Assembly: GCA_963737635.1 (NCBI GenBank)
Contig: CAVTTL010000001.1
Span: 1,216,001-1,280,000, forward strand
Source of the DNA: an uncultured Methanoregulaceae archaeon
GTDB lineage: Archaea > Halobacteriota > Methanomicrobia > Methanomicrobiales > Methanospirillaceae
DNA length: 64,000 nt
Direction: 5' to 3'
Of this stretch, positions 20,372-30,660 are shown one piece after another. The notes beneath the pieces are model-generated. The model saw nothing but the letters and a program-made list of their open reading frames with translations. It was not told where the DNA came from and did not search any database. The position numbers and the translations under genes are program-made. Position 1 is the first letter of the stretch, and each line of letters begins with the position of its first letter.

Positions 20372-20952
20372 CAAAAAGTTTCGATATCCTGATCGTAGGA
20401 ATCGGCGGACAGGGAACGATCCTTGCCTCCAATATCCTCGGAGAGGCCTGCCTTAGTGAAGGCCGACACGTGAAAGGTGCAGAGACACACGGGATGGCGC
20501 AGCGCGGAGGATCAGTTGAGACCCACATCAGGATTGACGGGCTGTACGGTCCTCTGATTGTGCCGGGTACTGCCGATCTCCTGATCTCCTTTGACCTGCT
20601 TGAAGCGCTCCGGTACTCCCATTACCTTAAAACCGGTGGGAAGATGGTAGTCAACCGGCACATGGTCCTTCCTACATCGGTCTTCGCACAAAAGAGCCCG
20701 GCGCCAACTGAAGACGAGATTGTCGAGCAGCTTGCGCGGTTTGATCCCTGCCTCATCGATGCAGATAAGATCGCCACAGAAGCGGGCAGCATTCTTGCCC
20801 AGAACGTGGTGGTCCTCGGTGCGGCCTCATCGTCGATCCCTTTAAAAGCTGAATCTCTTCTTACTGCCATTAAAAAACTTGTTCCGCCGAGAACTGTTGA
20901 AACGAATACAAAAGCTTTCGAGATGGGACAAGCGTTTGGCAGGATGTGCTAA
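20368..20952 (+). CDS. iorB: Indolepyruvate:ferredoxin oxidoreductase beta subunit
   Basis: GIGGQG, ETHGMAQRGGSV, EALR. Confidence 0.95.
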   Translation: MTKSFDILIVGIGGQGTILASNILGEACLSEGRHVKGAETHGMAQRGGSVETHIRIDGLYGPLIVPGTADLLISFDLLEALRYSHYLKTGGKMVVNRHMVLPTSVFAQKSPAPTEDEIVEQLARFDPCLIDADKIATEAGSILAQNVVVLGAASSSIPLKAESLLTAIKKLVPPRTVETNTKAFEMGQAFGRMC

Positions 20953-21665
20953 TGGGTTCTCTTGGGGCATTCGAGCCGGACACCCTGTATGAAGGGGACG
21001 CGCTTGCGCTCATGGAACAGCTCCCGGAGAAGACAATCGACCTCATCGTCACCGATCCCCCCTTCGCTATCAATTTTAAAGCACAGCGGCTCAATTATAA
21101 CCGGACCAGCAGCAACGTTATCGGAGGCTACCGGGAGGTCCCTCCGGAAGAGTACCGGGACTTCACGCAGCAGTGGATCGCCGAGGCAGCCCGGGTGCTA
21201 TCACCCTCCGGAAGCATGTATGTTTTCTCCGGCTGGAACCGGCTCCGTGACATTCTTGAAGCTATCGATGCGGCAGGGCTCACGACTATAAACCACCTGA
21301 TCTGGAAGTACCAATTCGGGGTTTTTACTAAGAACCGGTACGTCACCAGCCATTATCACATCCTCTACGTCGTAAAAGACCCAAAAAACTATACGTTCAA
21401 CAAAATTGACCACTATCCAGAGGATGTCTGGGTGATCAACCGCAAATACTGGAAAGGAAAGAAAAAGACGCCGACGAAACTTCCGCAGGAACTGGTACAG
21501 AAGATTATCCGGTATTCGAGCAATTCCGGGGATCTGATCTTCGATCCTTTCCTTGGCTCGGGTACCGTTGCAGTAGTCGCACAGCAGGAAGGCCGGCATT
21601 TCCTTGGTTTTGAGATCGTCCCTGAATATGTTGCCTTTGCCCGGGACAGCCTGACGAACCGGTAG
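20952..21665 (+). CDS. N4/N6 DNA methyltransferase, beta class, apparently orphan
   Basis: IVTDPPF catalytic motif precedes DPFLGSGT SAM motif. Confidence 0.9.
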   Translation: MGSLGAFEPDTLYEGDALALMEQLPEKTIDLIVTDPPFAINFKAQRLNYNRTSSNVIGGYREVPPEEYRDFTQQWIAEAARVLSPSGSMYVFSGWNRLRDILEAIDAAGLTTINHLIWKYQFGVFTKNRYVTSHYHILYVVKDPKNYTFNKIDHYPEDVWVINRKYWKGKKKTPTKLPQELVQKIIRYSSNSGDLIFDPFLGSGTVAVVAQQEGRHFLGFEIVPEYVAFARDSLTNR

Positions 21666-21748
21666 ATCCATAACCTTCCTGTTCCGGGAAGTGATCCCGT
21701 GCCGGGTGTTTTGGCTTATAGTACAAAAACGTCTCAGGAAAATGATAA

Positions 21749-21832
21749 CGCTGAGGGGGGGAATTGAACCCCCGAGGCACTTTCGCACCACAGGCTTTCC
21801 AGGCCTGCGCCCTACCGCTAGACTACCTCAGC
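21749..21832 (-). tRNA. tRNA-Ser(GGA)
   Basis: GCTGAGG/CCTCAGC acceptor; CAGGC CT GGA AA GCCTG; long variable arm. Confidence 0.95.
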
Positions 21833-21881
21833 AAAAAGTGTATCCCATGTATTTGCCGGGCATTTTTTTAATGCTATCCTT

Positions 21882-22832
21882 TCATGAGGCGTGTTTCGGT
21901 GCGCAGCCTTTTTTCCAGCCTTTCGGGTACGTACCCGGGGCAAGAAAAACCGCGGTCATAGCGATGAACAGGCCGGGTGTTCCGGGTTTCCATGAGGCTG
22001 AAGGAGCGAGCGCTTTTCCAAGACCGATAAATTCCCGTTTCCCTGAGAGAACGGCAACAATCTGATCTTTCCTGAATTCACCACAGCTGACAACACCGAC
22101 CCCTGCCAGCACCGCGCCGTGGCAGAGGGCGTCGATCGCGGTATCCCGCACGACAACAGTCGGGATATCGGGTACAGCCGCATCCACCGAAACGATCATC
22201 GCGTCAAGTGCGGCCCGGTTCCCGGCTGCCGCAGCACAACATGCATCTTGAAGATCGTGAAGCGTATGCATTGTCCTCTCATCAAAAGCACCCGACCGGG
22301 TACGCCGGAGTTCCTGCATGTGCGCTCCGGTTCCAAGCGCCAGGCCCATGTGGTGGCAGAGGGAGCGGATGTAGGTGCCGGCATCACACCTGACTTTCAT
22401 AAGTACCAGTTTTCCATCGACGCCTAGGATATCCAGTTGCTGGATGGTCCGAATACGAAGCAGGCGTTTTACTGCGCTTCTCCGGGGCGGGCGCTGGTAG
22501 ATCCGGCCCGTAAATTCCGCTGCCACCGCATCAATTTGCTGCCTGTCGACCACCTTGTGCAATCGCATCAGGCACACATACTCTTTATCGTGTTTTAAGA
22601 GTAGCGGGGCGAGGCGCACAGCATTCCCGAGCATAACCAGGAGAATGCCTGAAACCTGGGGGTCAAGTGTTCCTGCATGGCCCACCTTGCAGCCGAGTAT
22701 ATTTCCCACCCACGCCGCTACCTGGTGACTCGAGGGTCCCCGGGGCTTATCGATCACGATGATTCCAACCCCAAACCGGGGGAGATTAGCAGGGGCAGGT
22801 TCCAGATCCTGACATTCTTGTGCTGAGTTCAT
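21882..22832 (-). CDS. cbf5: H/ACA pseudouridine synthase Cbf5 (TruB family)
   Basis: DKPRGPSSHQV, GHAGTLDP, QRPP, GTYIRSLC, ELRRTRSG, PUA domain. Confidence 0.95.
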   Translation of the reverse strand: MNSAQECQDLEPAPANLPRFGVGIIVIDKPRGPSSHQVAAWVGNILGCKVGHAGTLDPQVSGILLVMLGNAVRLAPLLLKHDKEYVCLMRLHKVVDRQQIDAVAAEFTGRIYQRPPRRSAVKRLLRIRTIQQLDILGVDGKLVLMKVRCDAGTYIRSLCHHMGLALGTGAHMQELRRTRSGAFDERTMHTLHDLQDACCAAAAGNRAALDAMIVSVDAAVPDIPTVVVRDTAIDALCHGAVLAGVGVVSCGEFRKDQIVAVLSGKREFIGLGKALAPSASWKPGTPGLFIAMTAVFLAPGTYPKGWKKGCAPKHAS

Positions 22833-23521
22833 CGTACTACCCGTATCCGATCCCGGTATTCGTTTAACGCTGCAAGTGTTCCTTCAAGAGAACCGTCCCC
22901 CACAATCGCCGGGAAGGCTCCCATGCGCATCATCGCACCTGCAGTAATCTCCCCGATTGCCATCACCAGCAGATCCGGGCGCGGAGTCCAGATTGCCTTT
23001 GCATAGGACATCGCGCTGGTAAAAAGGAGAGCCTCTGCCCCGCCAAGATCCAGCGGTTCGTTCGTGGGTACAAGCCGGTAACACCGGAACTCCCGGGCGG
23101 CACCTCCTGCATGCGAAATCGCGTCAATAAGAGGAGCGTTTGGGACATCAGCCCTGGGGAGACCGATGGTCTTTCCTTGAATCCAGTCCCCCAGGTACGG
23201 GACAAAGTCGCGGGAATAGAAGCTGGGAAGGGTCTCGCTGGCAATCCCGCACCGTTCAAGCTCCCGTGCTGTTTCGGGCCCAATCGCGATGACCCGAGGG
23301 GGGTTTTTGAGAAGAGGGGCGATGATTTTCGCCGGGAGGGCACTGGTAAAAAAAAGGCAGTCGAATTCACCGCGGCCAACAGCCTCCGCAAATGCCGACA
23401 CGACCTCATGGTGAATCTCAGAGCGAAGCGGGTGGACGCTGTAGCACGCATGCCCGAACGCTGCGCACCGGGCTTTATCCCGTTCTTCCTTTCCTGCGAG
23501 ACGGGTGACTGCGATCTTCAT
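22829..23521 (-). CDS. hemD: Uroporphyrinogen-III synthase
   Basis: IAVTR, FFTSA, IAIGPETA, FTSA, AIGEITA. Confidence 0.88.
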   Translation of the reverse strand: MKIAVTRLAGKEERDKARCAAFGHACYSVHPLRSEIHHEVVSAFAEAVGRGEFDCLFFTSALPAKIIAPLLKNPPRVIAIGPETARELERCGIASETLPSFYSRDFVPYLGDWIQGKTIGLPRADVPNAPLIDAISHAGGAAREFRCYRLVPTNEPLDLGGAEALLFTSAMSYAKAIWTPRPDLLVMAIGEITAGAMMRMGAFPAIVGDGSLEGTLAALNEYRDRIRVVR

Positions 23522-23703
23522 TAAGAAATCATCACCCCGGAATAATAAGAGGGTATGTATTCTGGTTGATGTACGCTCCTTATTTCGATCGTTTCCGGAT
23601 AATTCCCTGAATGCGGATTAGGGTCAATTTAGCACTGCATGCAGCCACACTCAGTTTTCCGTGAGCCATTCTTTTTTTTAGCCGGGCGCCCTTAATCTGT
23701 ATC

Positions 23704-24580
23704 ATGCAGTCCTGCTGGTTTGGGGATGTGGAGGATGGAACGTGCACCCCTTTTATCGGTGATGCCGCCGCATACGCCCATAGGGTCCGGGAGATCCGTA
23801 CCAGCATGGACATCGTTGTTCTGCCAGACTGGCGCCAGGCAGTTACCTGCGGGGTCTGCCGCGACCGCGGGGAGTACCTATCTCTGCTCCAGAAAGTGTG
23901 TATCGCGGGATCGGAGCAGGCGGTCAGGGAACAGTATGCGGCAAAAGACGTGGAACTGCTCCAGATGGTCAGGACGCTTGACGAAATGGATACAGTGATC
24001 AACGTTCTCTCAGAACGGGTGGCTGACTGGTACCAGATCCGGCACCCTTCGTTCTCCCGCAAGTACCGCAGGACACCGGCGCATATGCTGGTCAAATCAA
24101 TCAGTGAGCGGAACCGGGGAGGAGCACTTGGAAAAGTCGCCGCAGGAATCACCGGCCTTGCCGAAACAAGGACCGCACTTGCAAAAGAGGTATCAGCCCG
24201 GGCATGCGAAGTGATGCCAAACACGAGTACGCTCATCGGCGGGCTTGTTGCCGCCCGGCTCCTCTCTCACGCAGGAGGCTTAAAGGAACTTTCCCGTATG
24301 CCCGCGAGTACCGATCCAGGTGCTTGGGGCCCGGACCGCACTTTTCATGCATATCCGGACCCAGGCACCATCACCCAAGCACGGGATCATTTTCCAGCAC
24401 CGGCGGGTACATAACGCTCCCCGCGAGGTGAGAGGAAAAGTCGCCCGGGTTCTTGCAGGAAAACTGGCGATTGCCGCCCGGCTGGATTTTTACCGGGGCT
24501 GTGCGGTCCCGGCCTTCCTTGACGATGCCCAGACACGTATCGATGTGGCTGGAACACTGAAGGGAGATGATCGGTCGTGA
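23704..24580 (+). CDS. nop5: C/D box sRNP protein Nop5/Nop58 (short form); apparent frameshift near 24313
   Basis: ERVADWY, MPNTSTLIGGLVAARL, MPAST in one frame; IQVLGA, SPKHGIIFQH, GKLAIAARLD in the next. Confidence 0.9.
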
Positions 24581-25188
24581 TCTATAGAGGCGATGTCCTG
24601 GTCTCGAAGGGTGAAGGAGGGGTCTATAATGAACGGATGCTTGACGGGTACCGGGTCTGGGACCCATACCGGAGCAAGCTTGCTGCCCTCTATCTCGTAG
24701 GCACCGGCATCGATCTCAACGCGGAGATGAAAGTACTCTACCTCGGCGCGGCTAACGGAACCACTGTATCGCATGTTGCCGATTATGTGGAGGTGGTGTA
24801 TTCCGTGGAATTTGCCCCGCGGCCGATGCAGGACCTGCTTGAAGTGGCACGTCGGCGTAAAAACGTTATACCCATTATGGCAGACGCGTCGTGCCCGGAG
24901 CACTATGCACCGCTTGTGGAAACGGTGGATCTCCTCTACCAGGATGTGGCCCAGCCTGACCAGGCAGCAATCGCCATCAGGAACTGCGTATTTCTTAAAA
25001 CCGGTGGCCAGCTTATCCTTATGCTCAAGACCCGGAGTGTGGATATAAGGAAAGAACCGGCAGTGGTCTTCCAGGATACGCTCGATATCCTCATGTCTGC
25101 TGGCATCACAGTACGTGAGAGTACATGGCTCGCACCGTACCATCAGGATCACGCTGCAATCGTGTGTACTCTCGAGCACCCGGTGTAA
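24577..25188 (+). CDS. flpA: Fibrillarin-like rRNA/tRNA 2'-O-methyltransferase
   Basis: WDPYRSKLAA, VLYLGAANGTTVSHVAD, YQDVAQPDQ. Confidence 0.96.
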   Translation: MIYRGDVLVSKGEGGVYNERMLDGYRVWDPYRSKLAALYLVGTGIDLNAEMKVLYLGAANGTTVSHVADYVEVVYSVEFAPRPMQDLLEVARRRKNVIPIMADASCPEHYAPLVETVDLLYQDVAQPDQAAIAIRNCVFLKTGGQLILMLKTRSVDIRKEPAVVFQDTLDILMSAGITVRESTWLAPYHQDHAAIVCTLEHPV

Positions 25189-25198
25189 GGAAATTACC

Positions 25199-25924
25199 AT
25201 GCCAGATAATATCCGTGTTTATTCTGCAGGCCCTCTGACTCTTATCGCGCTGATTGCGGTGATCGGGCTTATCGTCATCGTCATACCGCTGCTGTTTCTC
25301 GGTCTTGCCGGGAAAGCCATTACCAGTCTTGTCGGGCTCTCGTGGCTCACGGCGACTGCCCTTGTCATCCTGATCCTGCTGTGCAGTTTTGTGGACCTCC
25401 CGGTCTGGAAAGTCCGGCGGGAGACGATACGGGTACCCCACAGCGATACGGGGCAGTTTCCCGATGCATTTACACGATGTGAAAGCGGGGGTCTCTGGGA
25501 GACCACCATTGCGGTTAATCTGGGTGGAGCGATTATTCCCCTTGCCCTGTCATTTTATCTTCTGAACCGTGCGTCGCAGGTGATGAGCGGGGAGACGCTG
25601 TACCTGAGGGTTCTCGCCGGTATTTTGGTGGTCGCTGCAATGGCGTATGTGACGACCCGGGCAATGGTTGGCGTGGGGATACGGACACCGCTCTTTATTC
25701 CAGGCCTCACGGCACTTCTCTGCGGCGTCATTCTTGCCGGCGGCCTCGGTCTTTCAGCCGGGGTTATCGCATTTGTCAGCGTGACCATCGGTACCCTGCT
25801 CGGCGCAAACATTGCACACCTTTCCCATATAGGCGACCTTGAAGTGCCGAAGATCAGTATCGGCGGTGCGGGGACTTTTGGCGCAATCTTTATCGGCTGT
25901 CTTCTTTCAGCACTTATCGCGTAG
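25199..25924 (+). CDS. DUF1614-family membrane protein
   Basis: AVNLGGAIIP, GTLLGA, SIGGAGTF; multiple TM segments. Confidence 0.82.
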   Translation: MPDNIRVYSAGPLTLIALIAVIGLIVIVIPLLFLGLAGKAITSLVGLSWLTATALVILILLCSFVDLPVWKVRRETIRVPHSDTGQFPDAFTRCESGGLWETTIAVNLGGAIIPLALSFYLLNRASQVMSGETLYLRVLAGILVVAAMAYVTTRAMVGVGIRTPLFIPGLTALLCGVILAGGLGLSAGVIAFVSVTIGTLLGANIAHLSHIGDLEVPKISIGGAGTFGAIFIGCLLSALIA

Positions 25925-26032
25925 GGTAAGATCTTCTGGTTCCGGCATTCCGGGCAAAGGTTGGAATTGTTGTAAAATCTCCACCTGCAGGACCAAGTCA
26001 TGCGGAGTTTTGAAAATAACGCACCAAAAGAG

Positions 26033-26105
<73 letters not shown>

Positions 26106-26177
26106 ATATTGCCTCATTCTTTTTGAGGCTGGAGCCTAATTAAAGTGACGGCTTTTATGGATTGGCGGACTGGTGCA

Positions 26178-26903
26178 TCAGGCTTTTTTTGAACGGTCGC
26201 AACGCCCGCAGGCTTGGCAGACTTCCTGTATTGGCTGGATATATTCGCCCTTCCCGCAGAACGGTTCGATGTCGTGCATATCCCTGACATAATAAATGTG
26301 CGGGACAAGTGAAATATGGGTATAGGTGCCGCACGGTACGCCGAGCCGATCCGCTATGGACTTCTGGAGCTGGACAAGCGCATACATGTTTGCCCCGGCT
26401 GCGGTGAGCATATCATTACTCCGGAAGATCACCCTCATTGCCAGTTTCCTGTCGCGGAGCACACACTGCACGAGCTGGAGGCAGGGACAATCATCAAGTT
26501 TTTCATCAATCACCGGGTTCCAGGTGATAGCAATCGCCCGCCGGGTCTCGGGAGATTGCAGGAGCTTGTTTGCTATGTACTCGATCTGATCAATGTGAAC
26601 CGGAATCCTGTCAACAGAAAGCCGTTCACCCCAGTCAAAGAGCCTGCCGTGATAATCGTATTCAAAGGAAGCATGTGATCCATGCAGGAGATCACTCGCA
26701 TACTGTTCGACAAACTTCTGCTGGAACCGGGAATGGGAGCTCACCATCGGCCCGGCGAGCGGGGTATCGACTTGGAGGGCGACCTCTTCAAATTCGACGG
26801 TAGCTTCATCATCTTCGGTCTGGAGAACCCGGCCCTTTTCTAGGATCATCTTTACGACCAGTTCGTGTGCCCGCCCGATCGAAGGGGCCCTGATGACTCT
26901 CAT
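26178..26903 (-). CDS. thyA: Archaeal thymidylate synthase
   Basis: FEYDYHGRL, TRRAIAITW, PCL, FRSND, HIY. Confidence 0.88.
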   Translation of the reverse strand: MRVIRAPSIGRAHELVVKMILEKGRVLQTEDDEATVEFEEVALQVDTPLAGPMVSSHSRFQQKFVEQYASDLLHGSHASFEYDYHGRLFDWGERLSVDRIPVHIDQIEYIANKLLQSPETRRAIAITWNPVIDEKLDDCPCLQLVQCVLRDRKLAMRVIFRSNDMLTAAGANMYALVQLQKSIADRLGVPCGTYTHISLVPHIYYVRDMHDIEPFCGKGEYIQPIQEVCQACGRCDRSKKA

Positions 26904-27476
26904 GACACATGGGTTGGCGCCGGTATCATATATGTGTTAATAAGAGGCCGTACGATCATGGATTTCCCCCTCTTTCCAGATGCGGCCACCATGCGGGAAG
27001 AATTCTTCCCGGATTGTAATCGCCGTCTCAATAGGATACCGGGACCTGACATTATCTCATTTACGAGTACGCTGAGTACGTACATTGTATAGGCAGCATT
27101 CGATCCTCGATCTTATAGTAGTGTACTATATACTTCCCGATATCGCATACACTTATCGAAAGCAGATATAACTCGTACAGGCTCGTGCGCGAATCCGGCC
27201 GAACCTATAAAGAAATCAGATGCCTCAGGCTGGCACCTCCCTATGCTGAAAGGATGCCACAAAAACTCATTAAATCAGGTGAAATTGAAAAAGAGGGTAT
27301 TTCAGGCCCTGAAATGGGAAGCAAACCCAACCACAAAGGATATATTAGCTCTTTTACAAATATTCCTCCATATTCCGTTTAAACGGAGTATGGGGCTCGC
27401 AGAATCGTTATTCGGCAAATGTCGAAACGGTTCTCCGGCTTGAAATGTATGATGTAATAACTTTGGAGGAAAATGC

Positions 27477-30324
27477 ATGACTAAGCGATTAACGATTGCA
27501 CTTATTGCACTCGTCGCGTTGGTGCTTGTCGCAGTATTGCCAGTATCGGCAACTTACTACGATATCAACAACACGATCAATCAGGGCGCAGTAGTGTATA
27601 TTGGAGAACAGCAACTGAATGTTACCAATGCCACGGGTCCGATATACACCCATGGTGATACCGCCATTGGCTGGTGGTCACCGGCCGCAATCGTAGGCTA
27701 CTACGGCACCGACGGTCTCTATTCCGTTGAGTTCCATCACCAACAGTTCGTACTATATCTCCTCGGCTTCTTTTGGCGCCTATACTGGACCTTGGTACGG
27801 CGTTACTTCTACTAGCGTAGGCGACACCGTTACTGGTGCAGTCTTCAACGTCCAGGATCCGAGCGTCAGTGTTGATGTATGGGATGAAACCACCGCAACC
27901 GCCGTAACCGGCGGCACTGCTATCCAGGGTGACAACCTTACCTTCCGTATCAACACGAACCTGCAGAGTGCACTCGACCCGACCAAGCGTAGTCAGGATG
28001 TTATTCCTGGCGCCGCCCAAATCGGTAACATAGATATCAAGGTACACGGTTCTACCGGAAACACGTATACTTCGCTGTTTAACACCACCTTAGCAAATGG
28101 AGATTCAAATACCGCGAGCATTACCTCGCAGAATGTGAGCTCAGCACTGTGGTTCTGGGGTACAGTTGGCGGAGCAGTTCCAGTTACCTCCGGCGCGGGC
28201 TTTAACATCAACTATGTATGGAATTCCGCCGCAACCGATTCAAGCGGTCAGCTGGCCTACCCAGCTGGTGTGTACACTGTTGTCGCCCAGTCCAGACTTA
28301 ACGGGATGTACGATAACTACCTGAACGGTGGCGCAACCTATACCGGTAAGACGGTAAGCCAGCCCGCAACAGTTACCCTATCGTCCAACACGGTCGCGAT
28401 CTCGGCCAACGTCAACTCCGTTGTCCGCAGCAAGGCGTTCTCAGTTACGATCACGGGCAAGCCCTATGGTATCTACCACCTGTGGATCAAGGGAACCAGC
28501 ACCATGAATGGTAACTACGACAACCAGCCGCCGTACATCACCGCGAACCAGGCAAACGTCGTATTTGACCCGATCAACACGACCAGCATTCCCGCGGCTA
28601 ACAACCCGTACAACCCGGTCGCCGACAACGGTGCCTACGTAACCCAGTACGGTGTCTCTATCTGGAACGACGTTGCCCACGGCAATGATATTGGATCATT
28701 CCAAAACCCAGCAACGGCCTCCGGTGTCGACGCAACTGCAATCGGCAACGGTACGTTTGAATACGCCAACGTGTCTCTCGACCAGACCGGTACGAGAACG
28801 GTTCAGTGGTCGACGACCAACTGGACAAAGGCTCAGCAGTACACCATCCGTGTCGAGCAGGACTTCGGAACCTCCGCGAACCACAACTACAAGTATGATG
28901 AGGTTAACGTGCAGGTCCAGAAGGGTGCAGTCACTATCGTTGCCGCCGGCTCACAGAGCTACTACCTCGGCGAAGAGGTACAGTTCTCCGGTACCAACAC
29001 CGAATCCCAGACCACCTACCTGTTCATCGTTGGTCCCAACCTGGCCACCAATGGTGCCCAAATCGGGATGAACGCTCCAGCACAGTATCCAGTTACCAAC
29101 AACAATCCAGGCACGTTCCAGCAGGTTAACGTCCTCGGTGACAACACCTGGTCATGGGAGTGGGGTACCAGTAACGTCGCTCTCGACGCAGGTACCTATA
29201 CTGTCTATGCTGTCAGCGAACCCAACGATGCGAATAACTTAGCTAATGTGGCATACGGCACGGTCTCGATCATCCTTAAGGCACCGTTCGTCAGCGCGAC
29301 TGCATCACAGTCCACCGTTGCCCAGGGTGACCCGATCTACATTACCGGTACCGCACAGGGCCAGCCCTCAAAGGGAGTCCAGATCTGGATCCTCGGTAAG
29401 AACTTCGCTTACGTAGGATCCCAGTCCGTGAACAGCGATTCGTCGTTCTCGTATGAAGTTGAAGGAGCAACCACCGCAGGCTTGGCTACCGGCCAGTACT
29501 TCGTCGTTGTCCAGCACCCCATGGAGAACGGTGTGTTCGATGTTCAGGCAGTTCCGCCACCGCAGAACACCATCTCTGGCCAGTCAAGTGCAGGTCAGAC
29601 CTCGATCGTCTACACCGACAGCCCGAACAATCCGGGTTACTTCCCGAGTTCGGCAAATAATCTTGTTGGTTTCAATGGTACCGTTGACTTCTCACTTACT
29701 GGTAGCGGCGCCCTGCAGGGATCCAACGCTGCAGAGGCACTGGTACAGGCTATCAACAGTCCGAATGTCGATGATACCTACACCAAGCTCCAGTTCCTGG
29801 TAGAGACGCCGACCATCACCATCGACCCGATTGGTGACAGGTCTGTTGGTGACAAGTTCACCATCACCGGCGAGACGAACCTCGCTGTAGGTGACAACGT
29901 CCTCTTCACGATCTATTCATCATCATTCCAGCCGACTGATAAGACCCAGAGCGGAGAGTTCAGCGGCGCATCCGGCACTGTGGCAGTTACCCAGGGCACT
30001 AACGGACTGAACGCGGTCTCGTTCGATGTCGATGCTTCGACATTCAAACCGGACGAGTACCTCGTAACAGCATCTTCCGTTGGTCTCCCCATCTCAAGTC
30101 AGGCAACGGGTACTGCACTGTTCAACGTTCTTGAGCCAGGCACCACCACGGTAGCCCCGACCTCCGTTGCAACAGTCATGACCACGGCCGCTCCGACCAT
30201 GGTTCCAACCCAGATGGCAACCACTGTAGCACCCACCAAGACCCCGACACAGCCCGGGTTTGGTGCACTCGTTGCAGTGATTGGTCTCGGTGCAGTTGCG
30301 TTCCTCGTCGTGCGCAGGCACTGA
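27477..30324 (+). CDS. Major S-layer glycoprotein (Methanomicrobiales type) with signal peptide, Thr-rich linker and PGF-CTERM; apparent frameshift near 27698
   Basis: Signal peptide MTKRLTIALIAL..., VYIGEQQLNVT, SYYLGEEV, many NxT/S sequons, end PTQPGFGALVAVIGLGAVAFLVVRRH; strong codon bias; GGAGG RBS. Confidence 0.9.
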
Positions 30325-30336
30325 ACTAACATCTAA

Positions 30337-30351
30337 ATTTTTTCTTTTTTT
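30337..30351 (+). terminator. Oligo-T terminator after S-layer gene
   Basis: T-rich tract directly downstream of the stop codon. Confidence 0.6.
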
Positions 30352-30660
30352 GTCTGGTTCAACCAGAAGTTCCAATTCAGTCAAATATCCGCATTCACCG
30401 GCGGTATGTACCGGTAATGTCAACCGCATTTCATGGAAATCTCTACGTTAGTTCTCGCTCTTTTTCGAATGCGTGTTTTAACGCATTGCTTGTCGCATTG
30501 TCCGGGTTTTCTCCAAGAGCGTCCCCCAACGTAAAAGAGAATAAGATTTTTCGATCCCGGTATGGGTCCCGGGACGATTTTTTATGATGAACCGTCCTAT
30601 CTTCCAGTAACAGGGGCATATTCTCCCGATGAGGGAATTCCTGGTGCGTGGCGATTCTGT

